A DNA stretch of 64,000 nucleotides from Ostrea edulis (Eukaryota), in assembly GCF_947568905.1 (NCBI RefSeq), contig NC_079169.1, positions 10,354,001 to 10,418,000 of the forward strand. Direction: 5' to 3'. A program made the position numbers and the translations under genes. Shown here in pieces: positions 23,401-35,455 of the stretch (positions within the stretch are counted from its first letter, which is position 1; every line of letters starts with the position of its first letter). The notes below the pieces were generated by a model, which was not told the DNA's origin, did not search any database, and was given only the letters and a program-made list of their open reading frames with translations.

Positions 23401-25419
23401 TATTACTCACAGTAAAGACAGCGTTATTATTAGGTATGTTCTTATCAGATACCAGAGTGTCTAATGATCTCGGTATTTCTCACAGTAAAGACGTCGTTAT
23501 TATTAGGTATGTTATTATCAGATACCAGAGTGTCTAATGATCTCGGTATTTCTCACAGTAAAGACGTCGTTATTATTAGGTATGTTCTTATCAGATACCA
23601 GAGTGTCTAATGATCTCAGTATTCCTCACAGTAAAGACGGCGTTATTATTAGGTATGTTCTTATCAGATACCAGAGTGTCTAATGATCTCAGTACTCACA
23701 GTAAAGACGGTGTTATTATTATTATAGTATACTATCATTAGGTGGATCTGATTGTATCAGTTCAATGATGTCATTAGTTATGACAGTGTCTGATTGTATC
23801 AGTTCAATGATGTCATTAGTTATGACAGTGTCTGATTGTATCAGTTCAATGATGTCATTAGTTATGACAGTGTCTGATTGTATCAGTTCTATGATGTCAT
23901 TAGTTGTCTGATTGATACACAACTCCTCCAAGTAAAGACTGTTATCATTAGGTACAAAAGAGTACTGTAAAGGTGGTTATTTACATGTGGGGGGAATTTA
24001 CGCTAATTACGTGCCAATAAGCAATCACGTAATACGCACGTAAATTCCCCCCACGCGTATAGTTATAAACATTTGATATAATATATATGCAGTTACCACG
24101 TATTTTCCCCCACACGTAATGTTGGACATGGAAAAACACGTACATAACCCCCAGGGTAAATAAGCACTTTTACAGTAATGCACCCCATATGTATTAATTG
24201 GCATTGTGATGTCATATTTTTCTGTTGTATATGAGAATATAGGTTTAAAACAGGCTTTTAAGCCCATCACTTTTAAATATAAACTAGTCCAAACTTCAGA
24301 GCTAGTGGAACAGGAAACTTTATTATTGTATAAAAGTTTTTTATTTTATTTTCCACAGACCAGGCCAGACATTAAGTGTTACCTTTCAGAAGAATTTGGA
24401 TCATTTCTTGGGTTCTTCTCCAGTAAGTTTACTGTTAGAATAGACAGTGACATTGTATTGAGGTAATAGAAGAAAGGTTGGTAGCTAGGGATTTCTGGAG
24501 GGGGGGGGGGGGTTACTGTGGTTACATTATGCCTAGGGCTCTGGGTTTTCCTAAGACCCCAGAAATTCCAGGACTAATGTTGGGAGAGGGGAAAATCCTG
24601 TACTTCAAATTTTATTTGATTTTTAAAAATATTTTTAATAAGTACCTAGTAAATATTTTATCACAATGCTCCCTTGAATTTTAAATGTATGTTATATTGT
24701 TTGGTATAAAATGAGTTTATATAGTAAATTTTCAGGGGTATCAAATTTCATAAGTTATTAAAAAAGAAAGAAAAAACCAATAGTTTCGTTGATTGTTGAT
24801 TTCATGGAAAGCTATTCCATGTTCCTCCTTCAGTATGAAAAATAATTGACTTAGTTGACCACTGGATTTTGGACACAAAAATTTATATTCAAGAATAAAA
24901 TTACAGTTCGAAGTATTGCTTAATGATGATCGAATGATAACTTTGTACTGGTTTTATAGGGAAACTTTACTGTCGCCTTTGGGAGTGTCTCTGATGGGAA
25001 GTTCCAGCTGCTGACCACCATACCAGACCAGGGGGAGAAGTCACTGACTCTCTACACAGCGGTGGTGAAAATTCCGTAAGTGCAGACTGTCACACCTTCA
25101 CATTTTTGTCAGATTCATTTTATCTGGTTTTAAACTCCCATTTATTTTAAACATGCTATGTTTAATTAATTCTATTTCTTTCTTATTTTTATGTTAGACT
25201 TGTGAAAGGAAACTATGCAATTCAAGTAAGTATTTTTTTTAAGAATTGAATATAATCAAGACTAGTGCATGTATACATTATAAAAGCGTGAATGTTTTTT
25301 ACCTTGCCCTGCATTTGATCACGGTTTTGTTTTACTTGAAGGTAACATATAACACCAATAACCCTGGAGCACCACCTTCCTTCTATCAGTGTGCTGATGT
25401 CGTGGTACAAAATCTGTAG
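20475..25419 (+). CDS. Small secreted histidine-brace (LPMO-like) protein, 164 aa precursor
   Basis: Exons 20475-20610, 21861-21933, 24359-24422, 24960-25075, 25198-25225, 25342-25419; all GT-AG, phases match, no internal stop. Protein: MAPFSMKEIVSLCILSVFVLIETCHA|HLCLISPAQRGSLAGINKAGNDNCFQVKGPCGKMPPSKDGVIIRPGQTLSVTFQKNLDHFLGSSPGNFTVAFGSVSDGKFQLLTTIPDQGEKSLTLYTAVVKIPLVKGNYAIQVTYNTNNPGAPPSFYQCADVVVQNL*. The gene model is strong; the functional label is inferred from motifs. Confidence 0.85.
20678..21772. mobile_element. MITE-like element in intron 1 of the LPMO-like gene
   Basis: Inverted termini: tagggccaaat..tatgttggtttccactttc versus gaaagtggaaaccaacatata..tttggccta. Confidence 0.55.
21909..23723 (+). 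repeat. 70/73-bp tandem array, ~25 copies, each containing the exon-2 3' end and donor
   Basis: Unit gtatgttcttatcagataccagagtgtctaatgatctcag(tat)tactcacagtaaagacgtcgttattattag. Confidence 0.95.
23748..23912. repeat. 42-bp minisatellite, ~4 copies
   Basis: ctgattgtatcagttcaatgatgtcattagttatgacagtgt. Confidence 0.9.
23965..24175. mobile_element. Tc1/mariner-type MITE (TA target duplication)
   Basis: ta|ctgtaaaggtggttatttac ... gtaaataagcacttttacag|ta. Confidence 0.75.
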
Positions 25420-25489
25420 GCTGTACAGGGAAAGAGAGAGTGGGGGAGAGAAAGAGTTCAAACTAGATGTGTTGGGGTGATATGAATGC

Positions 25490-25950
25490 CCCTGTACAAG
25501 GGCCATAACTCTGTGAAGAGTTGTACGACCATACTCAAATGACTATTTTGCCTGTGTATTCTCATGATATATCCGTATCCCAAATTTCAATTCAAAATGT
25601 CTGTATGACTGAGATCATGAGTAGAAACTGTAAATTGTTTGAAATTTTCCAAGTCCAAGGGGCATAACTCTGCCAGATAAATTGTTTTTGACCTGAACCA
25701 AATATGAACTTGGTGTATTGTTGTGACATGTATCCTAAATTTCAATTCAAAATGTCCATGTATGACTGAAATACTAAGCGAAAAGTCCAAGGGGCACAAC
25801 TCTTGTCAAAAATTATTATTGTACATTTATATAATCAACCAAAAGCAAATAAGAAAACTTGACCTGGATATTCTCGTGATGAATATATGTATACAAAATT
25901 TTAGTAGAATACATGTATGTGTACTTGTAGGAAAGATAATGAATGGAAAC
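25490..25950. mobile_element. Degenerate satellite-bearing (pearl/Helentron-like) fragment
   Basis: Repeated aagtccaagggg(c)ataactc and atatccgtatcccaaatttcaattcaaaatg motifs at ~170-bp spacing. Confidence 0.5.
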
Positions 25951-28257
25951 TGAATCTTAATGGGGCAACACTACATGTATATAGTGTCATTTCATGGTGA
26001 GACATAAAAATATTGCTCAAAATAACAACAAAGACAAGCATTGATGTACTATTAAATCATACTTCATTTGTAGTCCACTAACAAATGGCCAAATGGTAGA
26101 ACTAAAAAGGTTGGCAGTTAATGATATTGATATACAGATTTATACAGTGTGGAGGGAAATCTGACAAGTATTGGGAGACAAATGTTTTATTGTAATACAT
26201 TGTGTCTGATAAAACAGTATAAAAACAATGAAATTGAGAATGAAACAGAATGCCCATTGAAATGGATTGCATGGTTGTTGGACTAGGAAGTTTCACTGTA
26301 GTGTGTGCGACATTGTTTTGTAATATTCTGTCTTGATTCGGAAGTGAATCTCCTTTCTTTGATGTATTGTATAAACTGCATTTACATGTTTCGCATGATT
26401 AAATATTTTAGCAACTCTTCTTCAAATTTGTGTTATTGATCATTATCAAAAATTAGATGAGTTCCATGTCTTGATTTAGATAATTTCTAATTGCGATTAT
26501 TTCTCTACGCGAGAAAAATTTATATGCACTAAAATTCAATCACCTTAAGTCAGTAATAAGATTACAGCAGGCATAAACTATACAATGTTGAGTGATATAG
26601 CATACATGATTCTAATGATCCATTGCACTTGGGGTAAACCGGCGATGACCGATGACACACGTGATTATGACGGTGTCCTTGGAGACGGTAGTATTGAGAG
26701 TAGCTTATTCAAAGACAATGCTTTTCATTCAGAAACGCTGATGAATTAAACATGATTTGTAAAAGTGTTGGCCTTTTTATATGCCAAATAAATATATGTC
26801 TATACAATAGGCAGTCAACATATTTATCACTACTATAGCTGGGTTACTCGATTCTTAGCACATCGCAGGGTACACCCAGCATGGTTCGATTCATTTGGGA
26901 TTTTATCAAAATCAAGTATGCTAGCTAAAAAAATTAAATGCTCATAAAGAAATATACAACAGAGCAAGATCACGGAAATAAAGTACTGCAAAATTTAAGT
27001 GATATACAAACAACTTCAAAAGTTGACAGCTCAACACGAGCAGAGGTGAATTCATAATTCTGATAACAAATCCGGAAACGAGAAAGGAATTGAAGAATTC
27101 ATTTTATTTAGAAAAAATACACTCAAAACAATCAACTACATCTAAACAGTTGTATATTCAAGTTTCTGCTCAGTTTCCTTATCTGTTACGCGATTTCACA
27201 GTAAAAACAAGAGTCAGGGACTGTGCAAGGGGGAGAACTCTTACTTTCAGCATTTCCATTTGTTCTTGTGAGACTGCCCAATAAATAATGGGGAAGAAAT
27301 TTTCAAGATCAGCAATACTTGGAATTATCTACATATAAATGATATATAACTGATTGTTAAACAGGACCAATTTGATGATTTTAATGATCGTTTTAAAGTG
27401 CAGATAACTCTTGTTATTGTTCTAAAATTTGTTGGAATGTTTACAAAATTACAACCAATACATTTATGACAGGAACACATCATTACCACTGCTGAAATAC
27501 ATTGTAATCGTACAAATCTCCAGAGCAAGAAAACTGACATTTCATGTGTTATCTTTGCTATTGGCAGTGCCTGATTTTGAATGTAATCTCTCTAACAATA
27601 TTTAATTACACAATAATTTTTATAAAAGAGACAGAATAAATTTCTAAGTTCAAAGAATACGGATATAGAAAACATTTGAAAGTGTAAGTTCATTTCCTGT
27701 CATAATTTATATGTTACGAGATAAGCATTCCAAGAGGGAACTTGAAGTAATAAAGCAATCTTCTTAAACATAGTATTGCAAATACACTCTCGTAATTTAT
27801 AATAAAGAAGGACCTTCATACAATATGGCACATACTGCTAAAGAAGATGAAGGGAATGATTATTGATTTACAAAGTGTTGAATACAGGATTATTTATACA
27901 TCTAGATCTACTACACTAATGATACTACTGTTGTACAGCTTTCTCCTGAGAAATTTATAGCATTCAAAGTGGGATATCTTTTTAATAAATAGATGGCATT
28001 TCTGCAACCATTAACACTAGCTATTCATCCCAGGGTTTCTTTTGCAAATCTCATTGCTTTTTACACAAATTTTTCAAACATACACCTTTTTCTTCTTCAA
28101 CTTTTTGAAAGTACACACTATAAATGAAATTCCTTTTTTCAAAATCTTAAAATATCCCAGTACTATATCATTGTACGATGGTAGTTCTCAATTCTCATTT
28201 GTGTTTTCCCCCTCCCCGTTTACTTGAATTTATCTGAAATTCAAAATTTGCAAATGA

Positions 28258-28368
28258 GGGATATTGAAATCTGCATTTCCCAATTTTTGTTGGTGATATC
28301 TAGGGAATAGGGATATTGAAATCTGCATTTCCCAATTTTTGTTGGTGATATCTAGGGAATAGGGATAT
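28258..28368. repeat. 52-bp tandem duplication
   Basis: gggatattgaaatctgcatttcccaatttttgttggtgatatctagggaata x2. Confidence 0.9.
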
Positions 28369-29442
28369 TGGAATTAGCAATACTGTTCAAAGTGAATCTG
28401 ATTATGTCAATACAGAATAAACACCAAAGCATGATAACAGAGCCATATTAAAAACTCAAACAAGCAGAATTATGAGGTATTAAGTATTCCTGTCAGAGTG
28501 CTTCATTTGGCTTACGTAAGTTTCACAACGTAGGTACATAGGGTAAAAAAACATCAACACTGGGTTTGTCACAATATACCATATATTAGATAATTTTGAC
28601 GTCGGGAAAATTTGGGAGATTTTTTGCCGAAAAAGTACATTGACATTTTGGTGCTCTATTACTTGCCACGATTTCATTTTGAAAGTGTATCATTTATATG
28701 AATGGAAATTTTGGCACTATCATTTTTTAGCAAATTTCCATCCACCAAAATGCCAACATTTCCAACGAGCAAAAACAACCCAATACATGTACAACTGCAT
28801 ATGATTTGAGGAAATTGTAGTGTACAGGGAAAATCTACTGTATTGCATCATCTGTATCATCGAAACATGTTCATTTTCATTTTTTTTCCCCCCTCAAATA
28901 AATCAGAAATCTACTGATTACTGTGTTTTGGGTTTTTTTTCCCCCATCTCCTTTTTTCAAGAAAGATGATTGAAAATGGCAACAGCTAGAATCTAGAGTC
29001 AAATATTGTGACTTGATAAAAAAGCCAACATTGTCTTCCATGGCAGAAACACTTTGCCATTTGTAATGGTTTACATGATTTTGAGGCAGTACATTTTGTG
29101 AGTTTTCAGACATTGCTAAAAATTGCAGTGTATTTATCATATTATGACACCTTCTGACTGACTGAGCAAATATCAAAGTAAAAAACAATAAAGCATGAAA
29201 AATTACATTTTCATATCTTCCTGTTTACTATCAGAGTAATTTCTTCACACATCAACCAAATCAATTAAAAAATTAAATATATATAATATATCCATTCAAT
29301 AATTCAATAATTAAGAAAAAAATTGCTTTAAAATGTACATGTAATTCCATTTTTTTTTAAATTCAAAACAGAACATGTAATATACTTTAAAGAAGTTAAA
29401 ACACATTTCATTTACACACAAAAAAATTATTGAGACACAAAT

Positions 29443-29448
29443 TTTATT
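29443..29448 (-). promoter_or_regulatory. Candidate FAIM polyadenylation signal
   Basis: AATAAA on the minus strand ~180 nt after the stop. Confidence 0.35.
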
Positions 29449-29629
29449 TACTTGTAGACTGTATTGAAATTATAATAACACAAACTAATACAGCTACAGA
29501 TGGACGGACAAACATTTTGTAATTAAATCATAAGGCAAAGTATACTCAAAACAAGATCTGCTTCAAGAGACGAAAAGAGTGTGGAATGAAAGTATAAATA
29601 CACAGCTATATCACATCCAGAGGGAGAGG

Positions 29630-31619
29630 TCATTCATTGCATTCTGGGATTTCTGTGTCATCCACGAAAAGTTTATGTAGGATTCCGTCTCTTCTCCTTC
29701 CGCTACTGATGGCCGTTATGTGAGCAGAGTGAGCGCCAATTTCAAAATGAGTCTCCGTTCCTTCCTCACCAAACTCCCCCTGAAATTCCCAAATGTGAAA
29801 CATCACTTATTACTCTCAAAAATTCACATACACATCAAACACTGCTACAATCATTCTTTTTCACTGCTCACAATTTTATTCTCTAAATGATTGCTATCAT
29901 TCCATGATTTGCTGACTTCCATATAAATCAAGGCATTTAATATAATCTTAATTGATGATAAATTAGTGCCCAAACAAACAAATAAAAACCTAAATACAGG
30001 AAGAAGTACTCACAAAGGTATCCTTTTTGTCTCCATTGACCCAAACATCCAAAGTATCTTTTTCTGTAAAAGATGCACATGATTATTTTCTTATTTTTAC
30101 AGAAGGGCATGTACTGATGCACAGTAATAGGTGAACTAAGGATTTTTTAACCCTTGAAACAAAGTTTTGGTTATAATATTCATAAGCACTTGATGTCCCT
30201 GATCCCGGTATTCTGTCGAAAACACTTGGATCACATGCACTGTCACAAAACACTTGGATCACATGCACTGTCACAAAATGCTTGGATCACATGCACTGTC
30301 ACAAAATGCTTGGATCACATGCACTGTCACAAAATGCTTGGACCACATGCACTGTCACAAAATGCTTGGATCACATGCACTGTCACAAAATGCTTGGATC
30401 ACATGCACTGTCACAAAATGCTTGGATTGTGTATACTATATTCAATTGATAGGGGTAGTCCACATGATCACCATACTGAGAGTGGGCAGACATGACAAGG
30501 CTATGATGATAATACTTTTTGAGAATAAAAAAAATGACATGTGTCATTCCATCCTTGAACTTACCCAGACACACTCGGATGGGATTCCCTGCGATGGTGA
30601 GCACCCATGCTTTCTGGACTTTACTCTGATTTTCCCGAAACTTGTTCAAACTTTTCCCATTGACTTCCAAAGTGTACTCATATGCAAAGCCGCTGACTGC
30701 ATCTATTGTGATTGTACATTTGGCCTTGCTGTGTCCTATCTGAAAATGTTCTTTGCCAACCAACTTAAACATCCAGTCTACCCGGAAGATTTCCTGGAAT
30801 CATACATGATATTCAAATACACAGTATTCACTACTACCACTAAACAGGTGGGTTTTTTTAATTTTAATAAATATGTCTTTAAAATATCAAAAATACTTTA
30901 TTCACCCATTATTTGAACATAACAGAAAATATGCCATGATCCACAATTATATATAGTCAAACTTTGGTATCTCGAACATCGATATCTCGAATACCATGGA
31001 TATGTCGAAGTCAGATGGATCAATTAAAGTCCCAACTTCAATTTTCTTTAGTATTTTAACCTCAATATCTTGAACCCCTGGATATTTAAAAGTTTTTTCT
31101 CGGCATCATCGAGTTCAAAATAACAAACAAAGCATATAAAATATCCAATGATTTGAATTATTGTGATATTTTTATTTCAACTCGGACATTCTTAGTTTGA
31201 ATATTAATTGCATACTGTTTTCCAGCTAAAGGTTTCATAAAACCGTATAGCGAGTTATTTCCAAGGGTCTACAATTTGGCGATTTCCTGGCTCAATTAAA
31301 AGAAAACTAACAATTTTAGCGGGATGAATTTTAGCGGACAATGAAGAGTTATCTCTCTTGCAAATAATGAAGTCGCAATGGGGTGCATAATTGGCAAGTG
31401 AAATTTGTCAGCTTAGTACCTAACCGCTAAAACAAGCCAAATCTATCACCAAGAAACCCGCTACACAGTATTACATACAAGATGATACAGATGAAGATTT
31501 CTTACTTTGCCATCAACTCTTATGATTCTTTTGCCAGATGTTGTCCCATGTTCAAACTCAATGTTATGAACACCGTCAGGTAAGGCCACCTGCCAAGTGG
31601 CTACAATGTCATTAGACAT
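29630..31619 (-). CDS. FAIM: Fas apoptotic inhibitory molecule, 180 aa
   Basis: Exons 31506-31619 (MSNDIVATWQVALPDGVHNIEFEHGTTSGKRIIRVDGK), 30565-30793 (EIFRVDWMFKLVGKEHF..AYEYTLEVNGKSL..), 30014-30063 (KDTLDVWVNG..), 29630-29779 (GEFGEEGTETHFEIG..SSGRRRDGILHKLFVDDTEIPECNE*). Canonical splice sites and an intact frame; hallmark FAIM motifs. Confidence 0.96.
30217..30428. repeat. 29-bp minisatellite, ~7 copies, in FAIM intron
   Basis: aaaatgcttggatcacatgcactgtcaca units. Confidence 0.92.
30954..31125. mobile_element. Degenerate Tc1/mariner-type MITE
   Basis: tatagtcaaaactttggtatctcgaac..atctcgaa repeats at left, gagttcaaaataac at right. Confidence 0.45.
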
Positions 31620-31935
31620 TATCACTCCTATGAAGAAACAAATGTAGAATAAGATATAACAATCTGAACAGATGTTAGTGTGTATACTAATGGGAATAAG
31701 AATATTTTCAAAATTGTACATGAAGTGATTACCTTTCCAAAGCCTTATCCAAATAAGTTTAACACTGCATCGCAGTCATATAATGTTATTGACAAGAAAG
31801 AGCTTGTTTTGTATACCACACACAGACAAATAGGTGCTTACATCATCATCATTAACACATTGCTACACTAATATCATATACCTGGCAGTTTTACACACCT
31901 TTCTGCAATCAATAATTTCCATTTTTGTATCAGAC

Positions 31936-31945
<10 letters not shown>

Positions 31946-31989
<44 letters not shown>
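31946..31989. repeat. (TG)n microsatellite
   Basis: Direct observation. Confidence 0.95.
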
Positions 31990-31991
<2 letters not shown>

Positions 31992-32018
31992 TATGTCATC
32001 TTATAAAATATTCAGTTA

Positions 32019-32230
32019 CTGTAAAATCATTTAAATTCATGGGCCAATTTTCATGGATCGCTGAATTTTTATGGGTTCGTGGGGACGTAATTTCGTCAAT
32101 TTATATATTTGTAAGAAAGATAAATCTGGAATGTTTGCTTTGTCTTTATTCGTTGATGTAAATTCGTGGGTGAGGGGTACCCACAAAATTCACGAAAATT
32201 GAGCAACCACGAATTCTAATGATTCCACAG
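32019..32230. mobile_element. Tc1/mariner-type MITE (TA target duplication)
   Basis: ta|ctgtaaaatcattt ... aatgattccacag|ta. Confidence 0.7.
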
Positions 32231-33639
32231 TATTGAAATATATATATATTCATATATCTGTTATGCATTACTTAAGGTCGGGATGAACACCAGCATAAAA
32301 AAAAAATATTTGTCAATGGATTGTTCTCATCCTTAGTCAAATCTTGGTACAGGAAACCCCCCAATACAAATTGATCATGTGAGGTGAGGAGTCATGATCC
32401 TAGATGAGTTACATTCCCTGAAATTAACATTAAAGCATGGTCCCCCATTAAACGTTTTTCAGGTTTTGTGATTTAAACAAAAATAAAGTCAATGATACAT
32501 AAAAAATTTAAAAAGTAAAACCCTATTTAATATTTTCACTATTGTTACATGTGTAGACACATTTATCAGTTTTTGATTTATGAAAGAATGTGTAAATGAA
32601 TATTTTTCAAAATTAGATAAAATATTTCTATGTACTTTTAAGAATGATAATGGCTATATGAAATACAGAAGCTGACCTCAATATTGAACTAGGTGACAAT
32701 GAACTTTGTGTACTCTTACTGCTAGAACCACATTTTATCTATAGGCATCATAATACTCATATAATAAAACAGTACCTTCAAAGCTCAAGACATTTTAAAA
32801 TATTTTAAAATTCAAAAGAACTACTTAATACACAAATCAAATTTTGAATGAATGTTTCATCACAATCAAAAATGAATTAGCGGAGATTGAAATACAAGGA
32901 AAACAGAAAAAAATCGTGTTGTAGTGATTTTCTATTATACTCTGGTTTGCGATTCCAATCACTGTGAACCTCATCACAATGCACCCGACATGAAGAGGAG
33001 TCTCTGTCTTAGTGTACTTCAATCATGTGATTAGAGTTCTACCTATCCTTTCCTAATTAACACAAAACAACTGAGGCCACTGCTACTCTGTAACTGCAAT
33101 CACCAATCAAAGTAAATTAAGAGGAGGCCTGCAGGTTCAAGCAGTTATCTTTTCAATATAAAACTTAAAATTTCCATTAAAACCCCACAATGACCCCTGG
33201 GGTCTTCATGTAAATAAGCAGACTTCAGGATTGTATTTCAATTTTAATAATTATAATATGCACTTATGATTCAAATCTTTAGATTTTCAAAGAAATTTCC
33301 AATCTAATTAAAATCAGATCTTTTCTAACCATTACACTGGAAAAGGATCTGACAGCATTGCATTTGAGGTCATGTTATTTAACCTTTCACACATGACCGT
33401 GAATGAAATGACGTCTTTCGATAACATGAAAATTTAGCTTGGTATCGCAACATCCTTGGTATTTAACGTATGCATGCATGGGAATAAATGCAGAGAAGAG
33501 TGGGAGTTTAATTGAAGAAGATGGAGGTGGCCATGAGCAAAATGCCGCAGAAAATATATTCGACAATTTGATTTTGTGGAAACTGTTGAGGATAGTAAAG
33601 AGACCCACGATGTGTAAAACACTTCAACAAAAAACTGAA

Positions 33640-34015
33640 ATTAGGCAGCCTGTGCCGTTAGGTCTATGATTAGGCAGCCTGTGCTGTTAGATCGTATAAT
33701 TAGGCAGCCTGAGCTGTTAGGTCGTATAATTAGGAAGCCTGTGCTGTTAGGTCATATAATTAGGCAGCCTGTGCTGTTAGGTCTATTATTAGGCAGCCTG
33801 TGCTGTTAGGTCGTATAATTAGGCAGCCTGTGCTGTTAGGTCGTATAATTAGGCAGTCTGTGCTGTTAGGTCATATAATTAGACAGCCTTTGCTGTTAGG
33901 TCGTATAATTAGGCAGCCATGTGGGTAGGTCGTATAATTAGGCAGCCATGTGGGTAGGTCGTATAATTAGGCAGCCTGTGCTGTTAGATCGTATAATTAG
34001 GCAGCCTGTGCTGTT
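33640..34015. repeat. 30-bp minisatellite, ~12 copies
   Basis: taattaggcagcctgtgctgttaggtcgta units. Confidence 0.92.
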
Positions 34016-35209
34016 TGAAACATTCTACTGCTCACTAGGACAATAAGTACAGTGTCACATACATGTAGTTCAAAGGTGTGCACACTATGCTTTATTGCAG
34101 GTTTACGTGGATTATGTCACTGATTAAGAAAGGTGTGTTATACTATTGTGTCACATGTGGATGTGAATAAAATGAATGTTCTAGCAAGCAGCATTCTTAT
34201 AAACACTTTTCATGTTATTATTAAAGTATAATTGTTTAATATTTGAACACCGAGAGGGAGAAGGTAATGGGATTTTCTAAACACCTATTTCACTTTTTCT
34301 AAGACCTGTCTTTGAAAAATATCAGAATCCTTCATGATTATCCATCATCCATGGGATTACAGAAATCTCATCCTCAGGGTTGAATATTCAGAGGAACAAG
34401 TCTTGACCAACCACAACATTCGAATCAATCCTGAGGGTGAAATTTCCATTATCCCATGGGTATGAATTAAATCAGTATAATTAATACACAGTCATAAATT
34501 GAAACATGTTAATAAAGATCATATAGAGACATTATTACCATGTTTACTTGTCAATATTTATGATGTCATAATAGATGAGGTTGAAACTATGTGAGATAAG
34601 CTTTCACACATGGCAGAATCCTGTCTTACAAGGGTAGTTATGAAGGACAAATAATCCTTTACCAGGTTGGGAACACTTCCCCTATAGCGAGATCTTCTCA
34701 CGTCATCATCCCTCTCTAGTGTTCCTAGCCTGTCTACTCGAGGATTATTTTAAATATACATGAATGCAGGAAGATTTGTTAAAATATTACTCCAGTGGTT
34801 CTTGAGAAAATGAAAATGCGAATAGTTTACACCCAACAAACAGACAATAGACATTTTGCTTGTAGTATATTAACAAAACTCAGACCAATTTTGTTTGTAT
34901 TGTAAACTGCAACAAACAATTTATCAGAACAATCTGGTTTGGATTTCTTAACAAAATCTCATACATAAGTTTGAGTTTTCTTTTATCTGAGTAATCATAA
35001 TTTGAGTAAAACCTCAGATTTAAGTCCAAGTTTCTACATAATTCATATTTTTATTTGGCCTGATGCAGATGGGTCAGTTAAAAATCATTTTTCATTAGTG
35101 CCTAAGATACATTAAAGTCAGGTATTGTTCATTTGTAAAATAAGATTCATGATAGATAATAAAAATAGAGTGTAAATAAACCCAAAATACGCTGCTGGGC
35201 AACACTTAC

Positions 35210-35455
35210 ACAAAATACGGGTCCTGGCGAAACGGAAACGAAAGTAGGAATTACCTCGTACGTATATTAGATATTTTTCCTCTTATCTATAATGTTTATT
35301 TTTTAGCTATTTTTAAAAAAATCAAAGTTCTAAGTCCCCTTACTACTATGATAGACATATCTGTGCTACTATATAAAAAAATTGATCTGAAATGCAAATA
35401 CAAGCATACAGTCTTTATACGTACGAATTAATATCTCATAGATATGTAAACAATA
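35210..35455. promoter_or_regulatory. Probable bidirectional promoter between FAIM (non-coding first exon) and CEP70
   Basis: Minus-strand donor tttgt|gtaagt at 35209 (candidate FAIM 5'UTR exon); CEP70 ATG at 35455 in an aatATGgcc context; CpG-containing and acggaaac (ETS-like) motifs between them. Confidence 0.55.

Noticed and set aside
21909-23723. CRISPR-like appearance of regular repeats
   Set aside because: No unique spacers, no cas genes, and a eukaryotic intron context.
25222-25506. Minus-strand ORF with a strong pyrimidine tract
   Set aside because: Antisense shadow of the final exon and 3'UTR of the LPMO-like gene.
30217-30428. Another donor-seeded array
   Set aside because: Lies mid-intron in FAIM and contains no exon boundary; likewise the 27-bp array at 7965-8100 stops short of the acceptor at 7922.
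33387-33669. Coding-looking stretch with ORFs on both strands
   Set aside because: No recognisable motif or compatible splice chain; at most a FAIM 5'UTR exon.
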